A DNA stretch of 32,000 nt, from the NCBI GenBank assembly GCA_030614005.1, contig JAUWKS010000002.1:60001-92000 (forward strand), read 5' to 3'. The stretch is from Candidatus Heimdallarchaeota archaeon. Its GTDB lineage: Archaea; Asgardarchaeota; Heimdallarchaeia; JABLTI01. Numbering within the stretch: position 1 is the stretch's first letter; the number at the start of each line of letters is the position of its first letter. The position numbers and the translations under genes are program-made. Shown piece after piece: positions 25,960 to 32,000 of the stretch. Under the pieces are notes generated by a model, which did no database searches, was not told the origin of the DNA, and was given only the letters and a program-made list of their open reading frames with translations.

Positions 25960-28865
25960 GATTCAGTTGATGAATATTTTTTTCTTTTCTTTAGTATTAA
26001 TATAGTTGGTACTATCGTCCCTATTAATATAACAGGGATTCCAATTGATAGAGAGATAATTAGAATTTTCATTGTATTCGAAGGCTGTTCTTCTTCCTCA
26101 ATTATGAAAGAATTTGATGAGCGAAATTGACCTGAATAAGTATTTTCTGAATCCATAAAAGCTACAACAACATAGTATTCTCCTGGTTGAACATCAGTAA
26201 CAATTGCTGAGCTAAACCAAGTTCCAGAAGTAGAATTTATTTCCAACATTCCTCGATGGAGTGGCATAACATCACCAACACGCATTATACCAAAACTACG
26301 AATTTGGGCTTTTCCTAGCTCGTTTAGAGGGCCGATATTTGAAAAATTCGAGAATGCTTGAATATTCTCAAAACTGAAAAATATTGATTCTGAATTTGAG
26401 TCAATTGTTGCAGTGAAATTAAAATCTTGTACAGATATCTGATAATTTTCGAGGTAGATTGTCCTATAATGAATTCTTGAATAGAATTTAGAGGAGGAAT
26501 AGGAATAATCATTCGTACTGCTAATAAAACGAATTTCATCATCTTCTTCATCATACAACATGTAAGGATAAGAATAACTCATCTCTAATGGAGAGTATCT
26601 ATTAATCAAAGACCAGTCAGAGTTTGTTGATTTTCCTCTATAAAGCAAATACGTTTGATTTCGATATTTATTCAAATCTTCCCAAAACGCTAAGACTTTA
26701 GCGTCAATTGTTACAATTAATCTAGCATTACTTATCACAGTCTCATTATCATTGAATAAGAGATCAATATCAGAGAGTGTTCCATTAGAGAGTTTTTCGC
26801 AATAAAAAAGAGAACGCTGATTATCAGTTATTTCCTCCCAAAGATAATGAACACTAGAAAGTTCATCGTTGTATAGCACTTGCAAATTACTCAAATAATC
26901 ATTTGAACTTCCAACATAAAGTAATTCTTTTGAACTAAAAATAGAGCTATTGTCACGAATATTATAATAAAGTTTGTTCTGGGAATTTACTAAATCTCTT
27001 TCGTACCATAAGATGTGCAAGTTATTGTTCTTATCGAAATGTAAGGATGGTTTTTTTGATTGTGTAGAGCCAGTTTGCAGTTTTTGTGGTGCTGACCAAT
27101 TACCAGTGTTTTTAGTTCTATAATAAATCTCTGAAACTGTTTCATTTTCTCGGGTGTAAATAAGGAAAATACTTCCAACACCATCAGCAGATATCTTAAC
27201 ATCTCTGATGGTCGTTTCGTTTTCTATGATTTCAATAGGTTGCCATGAACCGGTATTAGTTCTATTTCTATAATAGAGATGGCTTGAAGAGTCACTATCA
27301 TTTTGTACAAGCCAAACTAGATGCAAATTTCCATTAGTATCAATTGTAATCTCTGCATTGGAGGCATTTTGATCCGATACCGATATTTGTTGATAATGAC
27401 TCCAACTATCACTAAATGAACTACTATGATATAATACAATTTTATTATTCCCATTCTTTAAGCCTGCAACTGAATGTAAAGATGGATAGCTAATGTTTTT
27501 TGATTGAACCAATTTTGGTGCTATCCATAATGTATTATCAATTGTTGAAAGAACTTCTTCTTGACCTAAGGTATAGGGAAAAATAGGATTAGGAGGACCA
27601 TCAAATCGAGACGCATGTTCCTTCATATACACAATGTCAATAGGCAAATAATTTATTTTTTCAAGACAGGGTGAAGTAAAATGTGTTCCATTAAAGATAA
27701 GTTCTGTATCCATTATTGTATTTGAATACGAACGGTCTGAAGCACCAAAAACATGTGATATTTCATGTTGGATAATATTATCAAACTGGCTTTGACTGGT
27801 ATGAAAATTGAGAACATCAAAACGACCACCACTAGTATAAGCCCAATTTCCACAATAAGCTGCAAGGCCAAGTATATCACCTGGACGATCTGAAACAGCA
27901 ATAAGAATATCATAACCGCCATTCATTGCTTTGGTGGTTGTCCAAAAACCTTCAACTAAGTCATAATCATGAAGATTATCCCAAGTCCCATCTTTCAACC
28001 CAAGCTTTTTACCAACATGTATCCAAGCATCAGCAATCATTTGGCTGATATTTAGCAGCGATGCATCTGGTTGCCACTCTTTATCTTCAGCTAAAACTTC
28101 AATATTAATACTAACAGGATAATTATTTTCTAATCGTTCAATTGCTTGATTGACAGAATCTCGTATCGTTTTTCCATTATAAAATGGAGGAATATTATCA
28201 TGAACAAAATAAGCTAAAACGATATGCTCATCTGGATTAAAAGTCACATGAATAATAAGAGCATCCTCAATTGTATAAGAGCTTTCATCTTCTGAAGAAG
28301 TTAATGCAATAGCAGTTATTTGCCAAGAACCACGATTTAAAGGAATTAATGCATGAGCATTCACTAGTCCTTCATCGAAATCAGGACCAAAGGTAACATC
28401 TTTCTCAAATGTTTCATGTTCACTTAGAGATTGACAAAAATTTTCGATGCTAATTTCTAATTCTAATGATTCAAGTTCTCCATCCATATTTGCATCTTGA
28501 AAATACTCAAGTCCATATTTTGATGGTATGCTCTTTAGAGTGAGGAGGAGTGAAATATCTTCAGTAGCAATTTCACTTTCTAAATTAATTGTTGCTTTAG
28601 CGTTTTCACCTTTTAAGATAACAGTATCTTCTAATGTAATTGAATTAACAACGATACTTCCACTTCCTTGGAAATTAAGTGTCTTTTTCTGTTGATCTTC
28701 GGTGTAGTTTAGAAAAGTATCATTGAAATGCTCTTCCTTAGAAGTGAATTGATAGAAAGTCATTGGAAAATTAATGCTATTTATAGAGTTAAAACAAATT
28801 GTTGTAGATAGAATAATTACAATGCAATAGACGAAGAGTCTTCTAAAACGGGTTTGTGAGGGCAT
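25956..28865 (-). CDS. Secreted, membrane-anchored zinc metalloprotease with beta-propeller-like repeats
   Basis: N-terminal hydrophobic signal, 'QHEISHVFGASD', repeated 'D..GNLHLVW / LHILWYE / VHYLWEE' blades, and a C-terminal TM helix followed by KKRKK. Confidence 0.8.
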   Translation of the reverse strand: MPSQTRFRRLFVYCIVIILSTTICFNSINSINFPMTFYQFTSKEEHFNDTFLNYTEDQQKKTLNFQGSGSIVVNSITLEDTVILKGENAKATINLESEIATEDISLLLTLKSIPSKYGLEYFQDANMDGELESLELEISIENFCQSLSEHETFEKDVTFGPDFDEGLVNAHALIPLNRGSWQITAIALTSSEDESSYTIEDALIIHVTFNPDEHIVLAYFVHDNIPPFYNGKTIRDSVNQAIERLENNYPVSINIEVLAEDKEWQPDASLLNISQMIADAWIHVGKKLGLKDGTWDNLHDYDLVEGFWTTTKAMNGGYDILIAVSDRPGDILGLAAYCGNWAYTSGGRFDVLNFHTSQSQFDNIIQHEISHVFGASDRSYSNTIMDTELIFNGTHFTSPCLEKINYLPIDIVYMKEHASRFDGPPNPIFPYTLGQEEVLSTIDNTLWIAPKLVQSKNISYPSLHSVAGLKNGNNKIVLYHSSSFSDSWSHYQQISVSDQNASNAEITIDTNGNLHLVWLVQNDSDSSSHLYYRNRTNTGSWQPIEIIENETTIRDVKISADGVGSIFLIYTRENETVSEIYYRTKNTGNWSAPQKLQTGSTQSKKPSLHFDKNNNLHILWYERDLVNSQNKLYYNIRDNSSIFSSKELLYVGSSNDYLSNLQVLYNDELSSVHYLWEEITDNQRSLFYCEKLSNGTLSDIDLLFNDNETVISNARLIVTIDAKVLAFWEDLNKYRNQTYLLYRGKSTNSDWSLINRYSPLEMSYSYPYMLYDEEDDEIRFISSTNDYSYSSSKFYSRIHYRTIYLENYQISVQDFNFTATIDSNSESIFFSFENIQAFSNFSNIGPLNELGKAQIRSFGIMRVGDVMPLHRGMLEINSTSGTWFSSAIVTDVQPGEYYVVVAFMDSENTYSGQFRSSNSFIIEEEEQPSNTMKILIISLSIGIPVILIGTIVPTILILKKRKKYSSTES

Positions 28866-28924
28866 TGCATTCTGTAGAGTATTCCTCTAAGTATAAAAAA
28901 AATAAGATGAGTATGTTTGAAAAA

Positions 28925-29566
28925 CTAATCTAAATTAGTCTTTATTGTAATAAGAATGGCTTTTTTAATTAATGATAGAGGCATAGAAGGAGTAATCTTT
29001 TTCATTTCTGCAGCTTGTTTAGGAAGATAGGGAATATGGATAAAACCATATTTAATTTTTGAAAATTTTTCGCTAGAGGTTAAATAGTGTAAGGCTCCAT
29101 AAATTAAATTATTACAAACGTATGTCCCAGCAGAATTTGATATTCTTACAGGTATACCTGCTTCTTTAATTTCATTAAAGGTGTGTCGAACATTTATTGT
29201 AGTAAAGTATGCCACTGGTCCATCACGAACTATTAGCTCATCTCTTGGTTTGTTTTTCTCATTATCTGCAATATCAGCATCGGCTACATTGATGCCTATT
29301 CGTTCAAGAGAAATACCCATCCTACCTCCTGCTTGTCCAATTGAGAGAATCAAGTCGGGGTTAATAGTTTCAACGATAGTAATAAATTCATTAATGGTTT
29401 TTCTAAAAACAACAGATAGTTCTTTAGAAACTATTTTTGCCTCCGGATTATTTTTTCCTTTATTTAGAACTAATTTCTGGTTATCTAATTCTTGAATAAC
29501 CAATAAAGCAGGGTTAATGGATTCTTTTCCAAAGGGTCCAAAGCCCGTCAAGAGAACTTTCTTCAT
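28925..29566 (-). CDS. pcp: Pyroglutamyl-peptidase I (pyrrolidone-carboxylate peptidase)
   Basis: 'VLLTGFGPFG', 'GQAGGR...ER', 'SAGTYVCN', 'GFIHIP'. ATG 29566 after GGTGA. Confidence 0.95.
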   Translation of the reverse strand: MKKVLLTGFGPFGKESINPALLVIQELDNQKLVLNKGKNNPEAKIVSKELSVVFRKTINEFITIVETINPDLILSIGQAGGRMGISLERIGINVADADIADNEKNKPRDELIVRDGPVAYFTTINVRHTFNEIKEAGIPVRISNSAGTYVCNNLIYGALHYLTSSEKFSKIKYGFIHIPYLPKQAAEMKKITPSMPLSLIKKAILITIKTNLD

Positions 29567-29661
29567 TTGAATCACCAATTAGAGTCAAACATCGTTTTTA
29601 GCTGCTTAAAAAGATAATCCTTTTAGACTCAAATCGAAATGATTATTAGGTTTTAGAGCTC

Positions 29662-30468
29662 TTGATTCTATATCAAAAAGATATTCGTCTCGCGGAGCAG
29701 AATAATTTGAGTACTGATGAAGCTTTAATCCAATGCCCCATTTGTAATGAAAACGCACCTCAAGGATACTTGTTGTGTCCTTTTTGTGGAGCAGATCTAA
29801 CTACAATCTATGAAACCAAAATCTTCCCCCCAATTGGTTACAAAGAAGTTTGGGGACGAATTGGGGCATTACTGACAAAACCCCGCTCTGCTTTTCTAGA
29901 TATTTCAGATAATCCGGATTCAAAAGGAGTTACTCTTTTTATCTTTGCAATTGCTTTTGGGATGGCTTTACAGATTTTTGCTCTGCTGATGCATAATTAT
30001 TTTTTCAGTTGGAGATTACCAGTCATTTTTATTCTTATGTGGATCTTTTCTCTACTACTACCTTTGTTTATATGGTTAATAGGTAGCTTTGCAATTCGTA
30101 CTGCAGCCCGACTTCTTGGCGGTAAAGCTTCAAAAAAACAGATTCGAGGAATAGTAGGTTATGGTATGCTTCCACCAACTTTAGCATCATTATTCAATGC
30201 TATTTTGTATGTTATTGCTTTACCATGGAATAGAACAAACATCTATGATTTTACAGAGGTTTTTGCAACAATGACTCGATTTCGTAATTCCTTTGCAGGC
30301 ATCTTAGGTTTAATTATTAATATTTTAGGATTTGTGGTTGCAGGAGTATTTATTGTCTTTATGCTAAAACCAGCAAGCAATTTTTCATGGATTGAAGCAA
30401 CGGTCTCAACGGGATTGCCAGTGATCCTCTTTATTGCACTATTGCTTACGTATTACTTTGCAACATGA
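29662..30468 (+). CDS. Yip1-domain membrane protein with N-terminal zinc ribbon
   Basis: CPIC...CPFCG, then 'ALLTKPRSAFLDI' and about 5 TM helices. Confidence 0.8.
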   Translation: MILYQKDIRLAEQNNLSTDEALIQCPICNENAPQGYLLCPFCGADLTTIYETKIFPPIGYKEVWGRIGALLTKPRSAFLDISDNPDSKGVTLFIFAIAFGMALQIFALLMHNYFFSWRLPVIFILMWIFSLLLPLFIWLIGSFAIRTAARLLGGKASKKQIRGIVGYGMLPPTLASLFNAILYVIALPWNRTNIYDFTEVFATMTRFRNSFAGILGLIINILGFVVAGVFIVFMLKPASNFSWIEATVSTGLPVILFIALLLTYYFAT

Positions 30469-30606
30469 GAGAGATTCAGAGGCGAGTTTACAGAAAACTA
30501 TTTTGGCACATTCCACTAGAATTATATAGGTAATATTTCTTGACTAATTATTTGTATAATAAAAACTTCAGCAAATGTTTCGAGAAAATCGAAAGAGGAT
30601 TAAAAA

Positions 30607-32000
30607 ATGTCAAAAGAAGCATCCCAGACAGATGAAGAAGAATTAGAACTTGAACCTAAAAGTGATGTAAAACAAAGTGAGCCTAAAAAAGAGTTAACTC
30701 CAGAGGAAAAACAGACTAGGAAAAAGAAGATAATTCAAACCTCTATTATTGCTGTTGTTATTATTGGTCTGTCAATCGGGGCTTCCTTTCTCGGTCCAAC
30801 AAATATGGAACCAGGGTTGTATCAAGTTCAGTTGGATATAACTGACGGTACTAACTCTTATACTATTACTTTTAATATCACAATGGCCACCAGTGCAAAT
30901 ACACAACGGGTGGAATATATCATTAATCTTGGTAGTAGTGGTAAATCCTGTATCATTCTAACCAATCAAGCATTCAAATCATCGACTCAAACGAAAATTG
31001 AGTATCGAGTTGGCATTTTAGATTCAAATAATAGTTCCATTGAGACACTTGCTTTAACGGACCTTAGCTCTCAAATTGTAGGAGAGGGAATGGATAGAAA
31101 AATCCGGGCTACGATAATTGAAGAGATTCATAGCAACGAATTAGGGACTTTGGTTACTGTTGGATACTTTACGATGGCAATTCCATTTAAAGCAGGTATT
31201 GCCATAGGTTTGTTGGTCATAGTTGCAGGTCTTTGGATTTCTGAAATCGTTCCTACCATTGTAGGTGCATTTCTCGTACCAACTGTTATGGTTATTACAG
31301 GCATATCAGATACTGCGGTTGCATTACAACCATTTTTTGATCCAGTAATAGCCTTATTCTTTGGTGGGTTCATTATCGCTGAAGCACTCAAAAAACATAA
31401 TATTGATCGTCGTTTGGCTTTAGGTATTATTGGAAATGCTACTGCTCGTCCCAATCTTTTACTGCTAATTCTAATGGGATTAGCTGCTTTCCTTTCAATG
31501 TGGATGAGTAATACTGCGAGTGCAGCAGTAATGATACCAATTGCTATTGCAATGGTCGATCAAATAAAAACTAGTGGTCGAGACAAAGATATTTCTGGAT
31601 TCAAAAAAGCGTTAGTGTTAGGTATAGGTTATGCTGCTTCCACAGGTGGGATTGCCTCTGTTATTGGAACACCAGCGAATCCTATTGCTATAGCCGGTTT
31701 GAGTAATATTGGTATAGAAATTTCATTCCTCGAATGGTTCGCTTTTGGACTGCCTTTTGTAGTGATTATGCTTATTATTATCTGGGGGTATCTCCTTCTT
31801 GTCTTTAAACCAAAAGTCTCGAGGGAAAGTTTAGCTGATGCTCAAATTGTTTTCAAAAAGGATTTGAAAAAGATGGGAAAAATGAGCAAGAAACAATGGG
31901 TAACAGTGATTATTTTCTTGTTCACCATTGCGCTCTGGCTTCTTGCAAAAAGAATTAGCATTTGGACAAATGGAGTAATATCTCTTAGTTCTGGTATAAT
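30607..32000 (+). CDS. DASS/SLC13-family anion transporter with N-terminal extension (partial, runs off the window)
   Basis: I translated it by hand; it is absent from the track because there is no stop in the window. Open from ATG 30607. Motifs 'WISEIVP', 'LFFGGFIIA', 'SMWMSNTA', 'IGTPAN'. Confidence 0.9.
   Translation, partial: MSKEASQTDEEELELEPKSDVKQSEPKKELTPEEKQTRKKKIIQTSIIAVVIIGLSIGASFLGPTNMEPGLYQVQLDITDGTNSYTITFNITMATSANTQRVEYIINLGSSGKSCIILTNQAFKSSTQTKIEYRVGILDSNNSSIETLALTDLSSQIVGEGMDRKIRATIIEEIHSNELGTLVTVGYFTMAIPFKAGIAIGLLVIVAGLWISEIVPTIVGAFLVPTVMVITGISDTAVALQPFFDPVIALFFGGFIIAEALKKHNIDRRLALGIIGNATARPNLLLLILMGLAAFLSMWMSNTASAAVMIPIAIAMVDQIKTSGRDKDISGFKKALVLGIGYAASTGGIASVIGTPANPIAIAGLSNIGIEISFLEWFAFGLPFVVIMLIIIWGYLLLVFKPKVSRESLADAQIVFKKDLKKMGKMSKKQWVTVIIFLFTIALWLLAKRISIWTNGVISLSSGI

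Noticed and set aside
31128-31454. Minus-strand ORF of 108 aa and the other short antisense ORFs in the track (e.g. 4479-4910, 14073-14402, 15634-16884, 20032-21373)
   Set aside because: They lie antisense to well-supported genes and have no motifs of their own.

Overview
AT-rich archaeal genomic window, most likely from an Asgard archaeon (probably Heimdallarchaeia). This is inferred from an Arf-family GTPase, a RING-like protein, a diphthamide-less EF-2 paralog, a Yip1 protein and class III signal-peptide pilins. Most of it is housekeeping or surface biology: PfkB kinase, PINA ATPase, rpiA, a tRNA splicing endonuclease subunit, uvrB, dodecin, PHP, two ubiquitin-like proteins, TadC plus three pilin-like genes, a secreted metalloprotease, pcp, and a DASS transporter running off the end. 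The standout is a compact ~2.4 kb module at ~2974-5393. It encodes a Cas7/Csm3-like RAMP, a translationally coupled fusion of a small RAMP-like domain, a Zn ribbon and a Cas10-type circularly permuted HD nuclease, and a divergent AbrB-type regulator. I see no CRISPR array, cas1/2, cas6 or Cas10 palm domains in the window. Instead there are two GC-rich, foldable segments at the module ends, one overlapping the 3' end of the HD gene. This is a candidate minimal, array-less RNA-guided nuclease system. All protein calls come from motif recognition by eye; no database searches or folding programs were run.
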